In this document: positions 50,967 through 60,525 of the stretch, piece after piece
How the letters are laid out: each line of letters begins with the position of its first letter
How positions within the stretch are numbered: position 1 is the first letter of the stretch
Assembly (NCBI GenBank): GCA_016197005.1
Contig: JACPWO010000001.1
Coordinates: 218,544-282,543 of the forward strand
From: Candidatus Anderseniibacteriota bacterium
Lineage (GTDB): Bacteria > Patescibacteriota > Andersenbacteria > UBA10190
Reading direction: 5' to 3'
DNA length: 64,000 nucleotides
The notes under the pieces: model-generated
The model's input: only the letters and a program-made list of their open reading frames with translations
Databases searched by the model: none
Told to the model about the DNA's origin: nothing
Made by a program: the position numbers and the translations under genes

Positions 50967-51398
50967 TTACTGATCCCAGAAGGTCCGGCCGGTTTTGTAA
51001 GATTCTACATATGACGGAACAGTCGGAAAAACTGGTTGGGGCAGATTATCCATGTCATACCAAGCCCAGCCTTCACTTTTGTTTGGCTCCATTAATTTTG
51101 GCTCTCCGCTTTTCCAATCTGCAGCAAAAGCCAAGTCAACATAATGCTTAGGGGCAAACTCCTTTAAGTTGTAGAGCCTAAGAAAACGAATGTTATCTAT
51201 CTCTAAATCTGTCTCTTCTTTTACTTCTCGCCGCACTACATCTTCAAACGATTCCATATATTCCATATGTCCTCCTGGCCACGCATACATGTTTTCTCCG
51301 TGGGATCCCTTTCTTACTCCCAGTAAAACCTTGCCATTTTTAATAATCATGACACCTATACCAACTTTGGGACGATTTTGTTCGGTCTGGTTATTCAT
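50967..51398 (-). CDS. NUDIX hydrolase (NUDT15/MutT-like)
   Basis: PGGHME..ES......REVKEET; EPNK. Confidence 0.92.
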   Translation of the reverse strand: MNNQTEQNRPKVGIGVMIIKNGKVLLGVRKGSHGENMYAWPGGHMEYMESFEDVVRREVKEETDLEIDNIRFLRLYNLKEFAPKHYVDLAFAADWKSGEPKLMEPNKSEGWAWYDMDNLPQPVFPTVPSYVESYKTGRTFWDQ

Positions 51399-51969
51399 GA
51401 GAATACTCTAACAGTTCATCTAGCACTTGAGGTAACTCTGTCACACCATCTCCCTCGGTAAAATGTCCCATGTTATGCATAACGATCACTTTCGCATTCA
51501 GCTTTTGCTCAAACATTTGCTTGTTCTCTTCCACTGCCCCAAAGTCATCATTGTCTGAAATAAAAACTGAAAACTTTTGAGTTGTTTTTAAGATCTTTGA
51601 AAAATCAATGGGTGTTTTCATCCATGGTTCTGCTACTAACTCTGTCTCTTCGTCTTCAAGGTTTTCTAATATAAACCAACCAGCAACAAAAACACATCCA
51701 CCTACCTTTTTGTCTGAATGTTTTTCTAAATATCTCATAATCGTTTGGCAGCCAATGCTATGACCGACAAAATATGTATGCTCATCAAGGTTGCCGACAA
51801 CCGCTTCTAATCGGTCCACCCATTTCTCAATGACAGGTTCATCATCACGAGACATTAGAGGCACATTTACTTCAAATCCTCGCTGCTCCAGTTGCTGCTT
51901 AAGCCATGGAAGCCAGTGTTCGTCCGGCCTCCCGCTCCAGCCGTGAACAATAAAGACTCGATTATTCAT
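51391..51969 (-). CDS. RBBP9/YdeN-family alpha/beta hydrolase
   Basis: VHGW, HWLPWL, GHSIG, GHF. Confidence 0.9.
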   Translation of the reverse strand: MNNRVFIVHGWSGRPDEHWLPWLKQQLEQRGFEVNVPLMSRDDEPVIEKWVDRLEAVVGNLDEHTYFVGHSIGCQTIMRYLEKHSDKKVGGCVFVAGWFILENLEDEETELVAEPWMKTPIDFSKILKTTQKFSVFISDNDDFGAVEENKQMFEQKLNAKVIVMHNMGHFTEGDGVTELPQVLDELLEYSHE

Positions 51970-52427
51970 GTGGTAACTATATATGATTTTAGGGGAGCGT
52001 CAGCAAAGTACTTTCCACCAAAAAAGTTCTTGATCATTTCGTCGTGGGTTGGAAAGATTGCAGCTGGCAATTTACTGGGTTCAAACCACCCCAACTCGTA
52101 ACATCGATCCGGTTCAAGATTTTCTGGCTCTCCTATAACTTCTTTTGCTAAAAATCCGAGCTGAATATAGTGACCACGGCTCCCGTTCGGAGTGTTAACC
52201 AGTGTTCGAAACTCCAGTTCGGTAGTAGGAGCTATTAGATTCGTTTCCTCCTTAAGTTCTCGAGCTGCTGCATCCGCTATATTTTCTCCTTTCTCTAAGT
52301 GGCCACCAGGGAGAGCCCAGGTACCATCGCCGAATATATTCTTCCTTTTCCCGAATAGAAGCTTGCCCTCACGCATTACGAACACGTTCACGCCAACATA
52401 CATTGTATCGTAGGTATCTGTAGTCAT
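51966..52427 (-). CDS. NUDIX hydrolase
   Basis: LPGGHLEKGE...AARELKEET; EPDRC. Confidence 0.92.
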   Translation of the reverse strand: MTTDTYDTMYVGVNVFVMREGKLLFGKRKNIFGDGTWALPGGHLEKGENIADAAARELKEETNLIAPTTELEFRTLVNTPNGSRGHYIQLGFLAKEVIGEPENLEPDRCYELGWFEPSKLPAAIFPTHDEMIKNFFGGKYFADAPLKSYIVTT

Positions 52428-52465
52428 TTATTCTAGTTTATGCTTCCTTTTTTACTCGCTCAAGT

Positions 52466-52885
52466 TTACCTATTTCTTAGATAAAAGAAGTCACTGAATA
52501 TTTTGTCGAGATCTACAAGATCTGTATATTCACTTACCTGGAGACGCGGGTTACCCGCTATCATAGCAGAAAGATGTCGATCGTTTGCCGGTCGGAAAAT
52601 ACATATGATCTTTTTACCTAATGATTCAGCCATAGCAATTTCGTATCCGACGCCAAGACTGGGGCTTGTTACTTCAGCAACGACTGCATCAGACTGGGTT
52701 AGCCAGTTCACATCGCGAGCAAAAATATCCGTATCCTTCCGCGCTGTTTCTGTCTCTACAACTTTTACATTACCTACATGTTCAGTGAGAACAGTTCCGA
52801 ATTTTTCCAATTGTTTAATAATCTCAAAGTAAAGCGCTTGATCCTGCCTACCACCTCTAATTGATCCAGCAAAATATATTTTCAT
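52466..52885 (-). CDS. Deoxynucleoside 5'-monophosphate N-glycosidase (DNPH1/Rcl-like, NDT family)
   Basis: YFAGSIRGGR, VLTEHV, VVAEVTSPSLGVGYE, LSAMIAG. Confidence 0.9.
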   Translation of the reverse strand: MKIYFAGSIRGGRQDQALYFEIIKQLEKFGTVLTEHVGNVKVVETETARKDTDIFARDVNWLTQSDAVVAEVTSPSLGVGYEIAMAESLGKKIICIFRPANDRHLSAMIAGNPRLQVSEYTDLVDLDKIFSDFFYLRNR

Positions 52886-52914
52886 AAATACGGTATATTG
52901 TTTTTACTATATCT

Positions 52915-53520
52915 ATGAACCAAAAACTCGTCATTTTTGATTTCGATGGCGTCATTATCGACTCGTTCAAAACGGTGTTTGATATTACCCGCCTAGAAAG
53001 ACCTACTCTGACTGAACAAGCGTACAGAAAATTATTCGAAGGTAATATTAATGATGTAAAAAATCTCAGTCCTTCATCGCAAAAAATAGATTTCTTTGAT
53101 ATATACAGTAAAAAAGCAGCGTCCCTTTTACTAATTCCTGGGGTTGTCGAACAAATTAAAAAAATTTCTGACTACTACGATCTTACGATTGTATCTTCTA
53201 CTACGACTCCTATTATTGATAATTTCCTAAAACAACATGATCTTAGGGATTACTTTAAAGAAATACTGGGTAACGATGTTGCCTTCAGTAAAGTAACAAA
53301 GTTTAAAATGTTATTTAAACAGTACCAGATCTTAAATACTGATGCAGTCTACATCACAGATACTCTTGGCGACATTCGTGAAGCAACACAGGTAAACCTT
53401 CCCTGCATTGCCGTTACCTGGGGATTCCACGATGAAGACTTATTACGTAGTGGCAGCCCAGCTCGTTTAATAAATAATCCAAAAGAACTTGTACCAAAAG
53501 TTTTTGAAATTTTAGCGTAG
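52915..53520 (+). CDS. HAD-family phosphatase (Gph-like)
   Basis: FDFDGVIIDS, TDTLGD, VTWGF. Confidence 0.9.
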   Translation: MNQKLVIFDFDGVIIDSFKTVFDITRLERPTLTEQAYRKLFEGNINDVKNLSPSSQKIDFFDIYSKKAASLLLIPGVVEQIKKISDYYDLTIVSSTTTPIIDNFLKQHDLRDYFKEILGNDVAFSKVTKFKMLFKQYQILNTDAVYITDTLGDIREATQVNLPCIAVTWGFHDEDLLRSGSPARLINNPKELVPKVFEILA

Positions 53521-53721
53521 CGTTGTTCTTTAGTAGTTACTATTAACGAATTTGACGTTTCTTCTTGCGTACATAAATATATTAAATATATGAATCCTCG
53601 CACAAACATTATTGAAATGCGTAAGCTTGCATACCTGAAACATTGGCTAACACCAGTGCCGGGTTTTTGTGCGTACGGAATATATAAACATTAGATTCTA
53701 GTTACTATTTTCCTTACTCAT

Positions 53722-53748
53722 AAACCCCCGGCAAATGCCGGGGGTTTT
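53722..53748. terminator. Bidirectional terminator-like hairpin
   Basis: AAACCCCCGGCA/TGCCGGGGGTTT. Confidence 0.75.
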
Positions 53749-53792
53749 AATTTCCCCACGTTAGTTCTTTGCAAACAAGAAAGGTGCGAATC

Positions 53793-54233
53793 ATGGCAAC
53801 GTCTAAAAACGACCAGGCAGTTGAACTTTTGATTGAGCAGCTAAAAAGTGATCGTCTCAAAAAGGCAGTCTTTGAGCGACTATTCCCTGGACACGGGGAA
53901 GCCGTTCTCGCCCTGCACGGACGGCACGACTTACTATCACAGATCAAGTACCAGGTAAGTCTTGGCCCACCCCAATCAATCTCACCCTGTAACTGCATTA
54001 ACTGCGGATTTGGAGACGTCTGATGGAAACAAACCACGATCGCATTGAAAAATTGTATAACACTGTTCAATGGAATCCACGGTGGGGTCAGGAGCCAGTT
54101 TTTACCTGGAGGTCGCTACCTCCACGGTCAGCAAGTTCGAGAATGGATTCGACTGAATCCACCAGTGAGCAATCTGACCGAGGCGGGTTATCATACCCGG
54201 AACGCTTCTCTTCCCAGTCCTCAATTGATCTGA
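53793..54233 (+). pseudogene. Orphan reading frame interrupted by one in-frame TGA (or two small ORFs)
   Basis: ATG 53793 with SD-like AAGGT; the frame stays open after TGA 54021-54023 until 54233; terminator at ~54255-54285. Confidence 0.4.
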
Positions 54234-54312
54234 TGCATTAGCAGTCAGTCATGTACGCACGCTTACACGAAGCGTGCGTTTTTCTTTACAATTTGTGAGA
54301 ATGCGTAGTTGC

Positions 54313-54741
54313 TTATAACTTTAGTTCAAAAATGTTTGGTGGCTTCGCTTCTAAATCCGAATATCTAATCCAAGTTGGCTTCACTTTAAACCAGCGCTGA
54401 TCGGATCTCTCGGCAAACTTTTTTGAGCGAGGATTTTTCTTAATATGTAAATCTCGGTACCGCTCCATTTCTGAACCTTTAATTTCTATAGCTTCGCCTT
54501 CGTACTGTACTGTAAGAGGTTTTCCAGGATCGTTACCAAGCGTAATTGCAACATGGGGTCTATTGATCAAGTTGCGGTACTTTCGAGACTGATTAGAAGT
54601 ACCAAAAATAAGGTCCAAATTACCTGCCTCTGTTATGGCTACCAATGCAGATTCCGGCTTACTTTGCTCATTCACAGTCGCCACAACTCCTAAAATCTGC
54701 GTCGCGATAAATTTACTAATTAACCTCTTATTGTCTTCCAT
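54313..54741 (-). CDS. Pyridoxamine 5'-phosphate oxidase-like FMN-binding split-barrel protein
   Basis: VVATV...PES, SRKYRNL..PHV, VQYEG. Confidence 0.85.
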   Translation of the reverse strand: MEDNKRLISKFIATQILGVVATVNEQSKPESALVAITEAGNLDLIFGTSNQSRKYRNLINRPHVAITLGNDPGKPLTVQYEGEAIEIKGSEMERYRDLHIKKNPRSKKFAERSDQRWFKVKPTWIRYSDLEAKPPNIFELKL

Positions 54742-54889
54742 TGCAGGGATACTTAGATCAGCTTAGAACTTTATTATGCCTGATGGGTTATTAACTCCCA
54801 TACCTTGATGGTCTTTAAGTTTATGCTTCGTTTGTATAACTTTGTATATGAGGTAATGGTGCACACTTTGAACTAAGAAAGGAAACGAC

Positions 54890-55114
54890 ATGAGTACTCC
54901 TTATCAAGAACACCCCGACTCTAATGTGAGTCAGGCCCTAACTCGTCTCTGTGATGCGTTGTGCAGTTGGGAACGAGCAACTGGAAGAACTTCGGTACTT
55001 GTTCTTCGTGAGTCTGGGGGTTTTCACTTCCGAGCTGATAGTGGCAAACCTCTGAGCTCAGATAACGATGACATTCCTGACGAACAACTATTTCGGATGC
55101 TCAGTCAGGAATAA
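54890..55114 (+). CDS. Small hypothetical protein
   Basis: AAGGA SD, downstream terminator at ~55143-55177. Confidence 0.65.
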   Translation: MSTPYQEHPDSNVSQALTRLCDALCSWERATGRTSVLVLRESGGFHFRADSGKPLSSDNDDIPDEQLFRMLSQE

Positions 55115-55290
55115 ATCAAGTACTTAATGCAGTCTTTTGTTGACCGCAAGCACACCTGCATCTTGCGGTTTTTTCTTTGCATTAATTTTCTTAGCAGGGA
55201 TATTTAGACCAAGTTAGAACCTATTCCTTACGGTGCCTGTTGGATAGATGTAGTGAAAAGACTTGAAAATGATCAACTATTATGGTATAG

Positions 55291-55542
55291 TTGTCTGTGA
55301 TCCACGCTACAAATCCCCAGGAAGATACCAACCTTATCGGAAATTCTACCGAGGTTTTTGTGACGTACTACAATAGAAATATTCCGGATGCCTTTCCTCA
55401 TGCTACTCGCAAGACGCTAAATGTGTTTAAGGCTCAATATCCATCGTTATTCAAGGAAAACGGAGAATGGATTATCGACAAGCACCGAAAAAAGTATATG
55501 GATTGGCTCGCTTCCTACCACGATTCACAAGTCACGCCCTAA
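55291..55542 (+). CDS. Small hypothetical protein
   Basis: Protein-like ORF (YNRNIP...YPSLF...WIIDKHRK); start uncertain. Confidence 0.6.
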   Translation: MSVIHATNPQEDTNLIGNSTEVFVTYYNRNIPDAFPHATRKTLNVFKAQYPSLFKENGEWIIDKHRKKYMDWLASYHDSQVTP

Positions 55543-55596
55543 ATTCTCAGTACGTAGCTTGCCATAAGAGCAGAAGTATTTAGACCGAGCTAGACC

Positions 55597-56205
55597 CTAC
55601 TGAGACTTAATCCAGTTCTTAAATTCAACAAAGTTTTTATACAAAAATCCCCTGCCTCCTTTTTTCTCATATAGCTCAATTACATCAGATTGGTTATCAA
55701 TCATTAGTGATTTTGAAATATTCTTTTCTCCTAGCTTTTCTAAGGCAATATCAAACAATCTTCCGTTCTGTTCCTTTTTAAGAAAACCATAGTCAGCGGA
55801 ATTTACGACTGCATCAAATTTTTGACTAAGGTTGTTATTTTTGACCGTGATTTCGGAAAATACATCCATATTATCGGTAACTAACCCAACTTTAGTGCCT
55901 TGTTTCCTTAGAGTATTTATGAGAGCTAGTAATTGATCATCAAGCTTCATGAGTCTTACGCTTTCCTCAAATGCCTCCTTGAGAATCTCTACATCTATCC
56001 CTGTTCTACTCGCAATATCATCGTTTACTTGATCAGAGGTAACTTCTCCCCGCATCCATCTGCGGACGAGCTCACGGTTACCCTCAAAAACATTCTTTGC
56101 GATCCAGTCAGCAATTTCAGAGTGTTCTGGTTTGAGTGTTGTTGTATAAAAATAGTCAAAACAAAGTACGCCGTCAAAATCAAAAAGAATTGTTTTAAAA
56201 TTCAT
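55597..56205 (-). CDS. HAD-superfamily hydrolase
   Basis: LFDFDGVL, LVTDN, IDN. Confidence 0.85.
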   Translation of the reverse strand: MNFKTILFDFDGVLCFDYFYTTTLKPEHSEIADWIAKNVFEGNRELVRRWMRGEVTSDQVNDDIASRTGIDVEILKEAFEESVRLMKLDDQLLALINTLRKQGTKVGLVTDNMDVFSEITVKNNNLSQKFDAVVNSADYGFLKKEQNGRLFDIALEKLGEKNISKSLMIDNQSDVIELYEKKGGRGFLYKNFVEFKNWIKSQ

Positions 56206-56235
56206 CAGCTCGGATATATAGACCAGTTAAAATTT

Positions 56236-56496
56236 TCAATCAAAAGATATTACTAGAAAGCCATGCTTTTCTACATCGGCCTTTGGCCAAAACTTTACAT
56301 CATTAGTTTTTAGAACATGAGTTACTACTTTCTCAATTTCTCTTCCGGTATAGCTCTTAGTTTTTGGATCCCATTCTTTAAGAAGAAGTAGGTCACCCGG
56401 ACTGCATTCCCAGTCAGCTAACCTTAACTCATATTTTTTCTCACCATCAAAAATTCTTTGGAAATACTCAGGCCAGACTTTTTTCTCTTTTTTCAT
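56236..56496 (-). CDS. ASCH/PUA-like protein (DUF3850)
   Basis: WPEYF...GEKKYELR...GD.L.LKEW...YTGR. Confidence 0.85.
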   Translation of the reverse strand: MKKEKKVWPEYFQRIFDGEKKYELRLADWECSPGDLLLLKEWDPKTKSYTGREIEKVVTHVLKTNDVKFWPKADVEKHGFLVISFD

Positions 56497-56752
56497 ATAT
56501 GAAGTATTGCACTAAAGTTACGCCCCACATGATTATGCCAATGGAAAATGAAGCCAACGGTAGCCATGCACGTGTCAAAGTGAAAAATCCGATTGATGAG
56601 GCGTAAAACGCAAGAGCGATGAGGATTGTCATCAAAGGTTGGCCGGATCGTTTTTCCTGGTAGTTCTTTTTGATTTGCGCTGGAATACCGACGAGTACAA
56701 GAGCCAGAGAAAAAATACTCACGAGTAAACTCAGTGTGAATTGAAGATCCAT
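56468..56752 (-). CDS. SemiSWEET/PQ-loop-like small transporter
   Basis: GIPAQIKKNY..K motif, three TM segments. Confidence 0.65.
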   Translation of the reverse strand: MDLQFTLSLLVSIFSLALVLVGIPAQIKKNYQEKRSGQPLMTILIALAFYASSIGFFTLTRAWLPLASFSIGIIMWGVTLVQYFIYEKREKSLA

Positions 56753-56777
56753 GCGGGTCTAGTTTGATCTTTGAACT

Positions 56778-57224
56778 TTAGCTACCGTGATATCCACGAA
56801 ATGCTCGAGCGATGGCCCTATATTGTCCCATATATTTAGCTTGTTTATGACCTTGCATCCAAACACTCCATTCGTCATCTTCGATTTGGGGATCAATCCC
56901 CGCTAAAGCAGTCCAATTACTCCATAAGTTTGCATAGTGAGATGCTTTCTCGGAGTGATCCTCAACGAACTGAACCAACGCTTCCTTTTCGTAACTATCA
57001 AAAAGCTCATCCATTGCACCGGCCGTTAACCTTGACTCATCACCCATTGCCTTGATGCGCTCCCGTATCTCCGAGTGTATTTGCATAACATCCGAGTCAT
57101 CTTCCCAATTTTCTTCTTCGATAATGCGGTTTGCCTCTGTTATCCAACCAGCTTCGTTTGGTTCCTCTGGTGAAAATGAGAATCTTGGAACTTTTTCAAA
57201 ACCCATGTCTTTATATTCATTCAA
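56778..57224 (-). CDS. Acidic hypothetical protein
   Basis: 148-aa ORF downstream of tRNA-Trp. Confidence 0.6.
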   Translation of the reverse strand: MNEYKDMGFEKVPRFSFSPEEPNEAGWITEANRIIEEENWEDDSDVMQIHSEIRERIKAMGDESRLTAGAMDELFDSYEKEALVQFVEDHSEKASHYANLWSNWTALAGIDPQIEDDEWSVWMQGHKQAKYMGQYRAIARAFRGYHGS

Positions 57225-57287
57225 CTTTTTATTTCCAGCAAGTCCAGATGAGAAGAGCTGAGCTTAAACACATTCTGACTATTTCTT

Positions 57288-57363
<76 letters not shown>

Positions 57364-57374
57364 AATATTGTTTT

Positions 57375-58037
57375 TTAAGTTTCCTCTATTGTGAACTTTC
57401 TTGCAAGAAGCTTGTAAAAACTTTCTATTTCTTTGTATAAACGTACATCATAGTATCTAACGGAGATGCAACCCGGATAGCCTTCTTTCTTATTTTTACC
57501 AGAATTTTTCTTCCGATATACATAAAATTTTTCTGAAGGAATTTTGGTTAACTTTGACCAAAATTTAATTTGCTTTTCTTGATTATGATAAGAATGAAGA
57601 TGCAGCTGTGCACGAAATTTATTTTCTTTTATCACAAAGCAGGCACGTAGAAGAGATAAAAAGAGCGCAATCATTTCTGGGTCAGAATTCATAAATGCTA
57701 CTGATCCACGCCCCTTCTCTCCTTCCGACCAATACAGAGCAGAACATATTAGCTTTCCAAGGGGCATGCTTATTGTGAGGTTACTAAAGTCCCTTTCTGC
57801 TTTCTGGTGAATTACCTTGTCTCTATTCCACTTTTTTTCTAGTACCATTTTCCTTCCTCGCTGATTACCTATTTCTTTTCTTTTTTCAATTCTTCTTTTT
57901 GCTTTCTCTCCCAGGACTACATTCCCTAACCACACAGAGCAGGTGCTTTTAGAGATTCCAAGCATCTTGCTTATCTCTGGATATGTTCTTCCAAGCTTTC
58001 TTAAGGAAATTGCTTTTGCCTTTAATGCGGCTTTCAT
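57375..58037 (-). CDS. HTH plus single LAGLIDADG-like domain protein
   Basis: LRKLG.TYPEI...LGISKSTCS.W HTH; SALYWSEG...FMNSDP..I..F; visibly AT-rich. Confidence 0.75.
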   Translation of the reverse strand: MKAALKAKAISLRKLGRTYPEISKMLGISKSTCSVWLGNVVLGEKAKRRIEKRKEIGNQRGRKMVLEKKWNRDKVIHQKAERDFSNLTISMPLGKLICSALYWSEGEKGRGSVAFMNSDPEMIALFLSLLRACFVIKENKFRAQLHLHSYHNQEKQIKFWSKLTKIPSEKFYVYRKKNSGKNKKEGYPGCISVRYYDVRLYKEIESFYKLLARKFTIEET

Positions 58038-58041
58038 AAAC

Positions 58042-58073
58042 CAATGAAGGAGGTTATATAACCTCCTTCATTG
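58042..58073. repeat. Perfect 32-bp palindrome
   Basis: CAATGAAGGAGGTTATATAACCTCCTTCATTG equals its own reverse complement. Confidence 0.95.
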
Positions 58074-58091
58074 TATCATGTTTAGCTTAAT

Positions 58092-58256
58092 TTATTTCTT
58101 AGCCTTTTCTTTGTGAGTCGTATGAGCTCGGCACTTCTTGCAAAACTTTTCCAGTTCTAGCTTATGACTATCAGCCCGACGGAGGTTCCGTCGAGTGTGG
58201 TAATTAAACATTTTGCACGTAGTGCACTGGAGACGAATAACGTTATCTTGAGACAT
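58092..58256 (-). CDS. rpmG: 50S ribosomal protein L33 (Zn-binding form)
   Basis: Below ORF-track cutoff; MSQDNVIRLQCTTCKMFNYHT...LELEKFCKKCRAHTTHKE. Confidence 0.95.
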   Translation of the reverse strand: MSQDNVIRLQCTTCKMFNYHTRRNLRRADSHKLELEKFCKKCRAHTTHKEKAKK

Positions 58257-58258
58257 AG

Positions 58259-58588
58259 TTATGATTTTTTCTTATCTAATCTATCTAAGCCGATAATTTT
58301 GACACCATAATAGACTACGAGCGCAATTACAAGGAAGTCTACGAAAACTGCCATAAAACTGCCCCATTTGACCTCAACTGCACCCAACGTCCATTTCATC
58401 GCCGCGAGCGTTTCTCCCCGCCCAATAACGATGCCAATGAGAGGATTTATGACGTCTTGGACGAGAGAAGATACTACTTTTGAGACAGCACCACCTAAAA
58501 TAAAACCAACGGCCAGACCAACTACTCCCTGCTGGCGGACAAATTCTAAGAACCCCTGAAACTGATTTTTAATAATAGTGGCAGACAT
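58259..58588 (-). CDS. mscL: Large-conductance mechanosensitive channel
   Basis: FLEF...VVGLAVGFILG.A..KVVSSLV.DVINP. Confidence 0.9.
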   Translation of the reverse strand: MSATIIKNQFQGFLEFVRQQGVVGLAVGFILGGAVSKVVSSLVQDVINPLIGIVIGRGETLAAMKWTLGAVEVKWGSFMAVFVDFLVIALVVYYGVKIIGLDRLDKKKS

Positions 58589-58634
58589 ATTTTTGTGATC
58601 GGATCGTAGGATATTTTGCCTAATCGGTCAATGA

Positions 58635-60137
58635 TTAAAAACTAGTTTTGAGTATCCATTGTCCCGGCGGATTCTCCCATTCATATAGTTTCTTCGGAAT
58701 AGGATCAGCGACTCCACTTCCTTCTAACCTTCGCCACTGTCCGCCGGCTGGCTCGTATTTTGCTAACACCGTCCATTCAGGATAGGTAATATCCCGCACA
58801 ACCAAGAGAACACGCTGTTCTCCTTTTTCTTCTGTTTCAAAATCTATGAATACGGTATTCGGTTTATCGGTCGACATGATCCGCTCTAGCGTTGCACCCT
58901 CGCCAATCATTCCGGAGGATTGTTTCTCGATAAAGGAAATGAGTTCCTCGTCGGAAAATGTTGAGGAAACATCAAGGAAGGAATTAGTATCTTCCGTCGC
59001 CGGTCTCACCCATGCCACGTGTACCGAATTTATCGAAGGCAATTTGCTTTGCAGGCGCACTCGACCAGAGCGGATGTCCAAAATATACAATGAGGCGCCT
59101 CGTATTCCTTCTTTCATAGTGTAAGCGATGTACTTTCCACCTTCATCCACTTGAGCCGACATCAGCACACCCTGATGACGACTAATGGGCTGCGCAGTAT
59201 TGTCATGCCACTGCCAAAACTCTATTCCCGTCTCAGCTTGAACAGCGTAGATAAGTCGGCTTTCATCGAGCCATTGGATGAAAGGTACTCGACCACGAAC
59301 GGGCTGCTGACTGCTCGTGCCACCATCATGTGCAATTCGCAGCATGGTAAATCGACTATCGGCATTTTCCGCATATGCCAAAACGGTGCCACTTGGACTT
59401 ATATCCACTACCCCATGATCAAATACATCTTCCAGTTTTTCTATATCCTCTTTCAAAAACCGTGCCTTTGTTAGTGGTGGTTTTGTTCCGGCAACAATGA
59501 GTTCTAATTTTTCTTCACCAGCTTCTCCGCTATCTGCCACAAACCACATCGCTGTTCCCGCTTTATTCCATCTCAGGCGCGTTACAATATCGTTTTTTAT
59601 AAGATTCTCCGCTACCACCCGCGTACCAGCGGCTACCTTGTCGTATGTCCACAGCTCTGTTCGCTGCTCTTCTTCCCGTTCATCAATGTTATCAAGCCAG
59701 TAAGCCACCTCTTTACCGGTAGAACTAATAAGTGGACTACGCGGGGTAACCAGTTCAGTTGGGGCAACGATGAGCTCAGATTCCTTATCTTCTTGTTGTT
59801 GGCGAAGCGATCCGTCACTCGCCAAGAAATACCAAGACTGGCCGTCAAATAACATTTCATGTTCAATGTTTGGTAGACGTACTGGTTTGCAAGTTGACTC
59901 TTGGCAAGAAAAGAGTTTTTTACTTTCGCTTGTCCCATCACTTTCTACCAACATGACATCCATCGCTGGAATGGTTACCGCAACGTCCTGTGCTGGTAGT
60001 ATTTGTGGGGTGGTAGGACGCGTGTATTCAGCCAGACCACTGTTGCCTTGCATAAACAGCCAGATGACCATCCCAATTGCTACTGCCAACACACCCAAAA
60101 GAAGGGCGGTTAAAACTTTAAGGATTTCCGGCGTCAT
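58635..60137 (-). CDS. Membrane-anchored TolB-like beta-propeller protein
   Basis: N-terminal TM; ISSTGKEVAY, ISPSGTVLAY, DEGGKYIAY repeats. Confidence 0.65.
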   Translation of the reverse strand: MTPEILKVLTALLLGVLAVAIGMVIWLFMQGNSGLAEYTRPTTPQILPAQDVAVTIPAMDVMLVESDGTSESKKLFSCQESTCKPVRLPNIEHEMLFDGQSWYFLASDGSLRQQQEDKESELIVAPTELVTPRSPLISSTGKEVAYWLDNIDEREEEQRTELWTYDKVAAGTRVVAENLIKNDIVTRLRWNKAGTAMWFVADSGEAGEEKLELIVAGTKPPLTKARFLKEDIEKLEDVFDHGVVDISPSGTVLAYAENADSRFTMLRIAHDGGTSSQQPVRGRVPFIQWLDESRLIYAVQAETGIEFWQWHDNTAQPISRHQGVLMSAQVDEGGKYIAYTMKEGIRGASLYILDIRSGRVRLQSKLPSINSVHVAWVRPATEDTNSFLDVSSTFSDEELISFIEKQSSGMIGEGATLERIMSTDKPNTVFIDFETEEKGEQRVLLVVRDITYPEWTVLAKYEPAGGQWRRLEGSGVADPIPKKLYEWENPPGQWILKTSF

Positions 60138-60205
60138 ACGTAATCGTAAGCGTAGCAGGGCCTGGACTTTTGATCGATAGCTCGTATGCTACGTTATACA
60201 TAAAT

Positions 60206-60277
60206 GCCGATGTGGCTCAGTGGTAGAGCAACTCCATGGTAAGGAGTAGGTCGCGAGTTCGATTCTCGCCATCGGCT
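60206..60277 (+). tRNA. tRNA-Thr(GGT)
   Basis: GCCGATG/CATCGGC-T; ACTCC-AT-GGT-AA-GGAGT. Confidence 0.95.
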
Positions 60278-60525
60278 CAAACAGAAGTAAACCGTTTTAC
60301 GTTTTTACCTTGGTGTTCAACTTCTTCAGTAAAGTTTGTGTATGTCCGAACCCACATCGAATCTTTATCAAGGTTGCGGTACACAACCAGAGGCTCAAGC
60401 GTATCTTCCTGTACCGCCAGCGTTACAATTTCATACGTCCCACCTTTTTTGTAGTGCGTGAACCTATCCCCTGCTTTCAGTGGTAATTTCTGAAGTTGAT
60501 TTTGAGCAGAGTCTTTGTCGGTCAC
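60277..60525 (-). CDS. DUF1653 family protein
   Basis: HYKKG..YEI...E.LVVYR...WVR...F. Confidence 0.85.
   Translation of the reverse strand: MTDKDSAQNQLQKLPLKAGDRFTHYKKGGTYEIVTLAVQEDTLEPLVVYRNLDKDSMWVRTYTNFTEEVEHQGKNVKRFTSV

Noticed and set aside
54021-54023. Selenocysteine or genetic code 25 recoding
   Set aside because: TGA ends other genes in this window, long genes have no internal TGA, and no convincing SECIS was seen.
50967-57224. Integron cassette array or prophage
   Set aside because: No integrase, no recurring attC-like sites and no phage genes; intergenic hairpins look like ordinary terminators.
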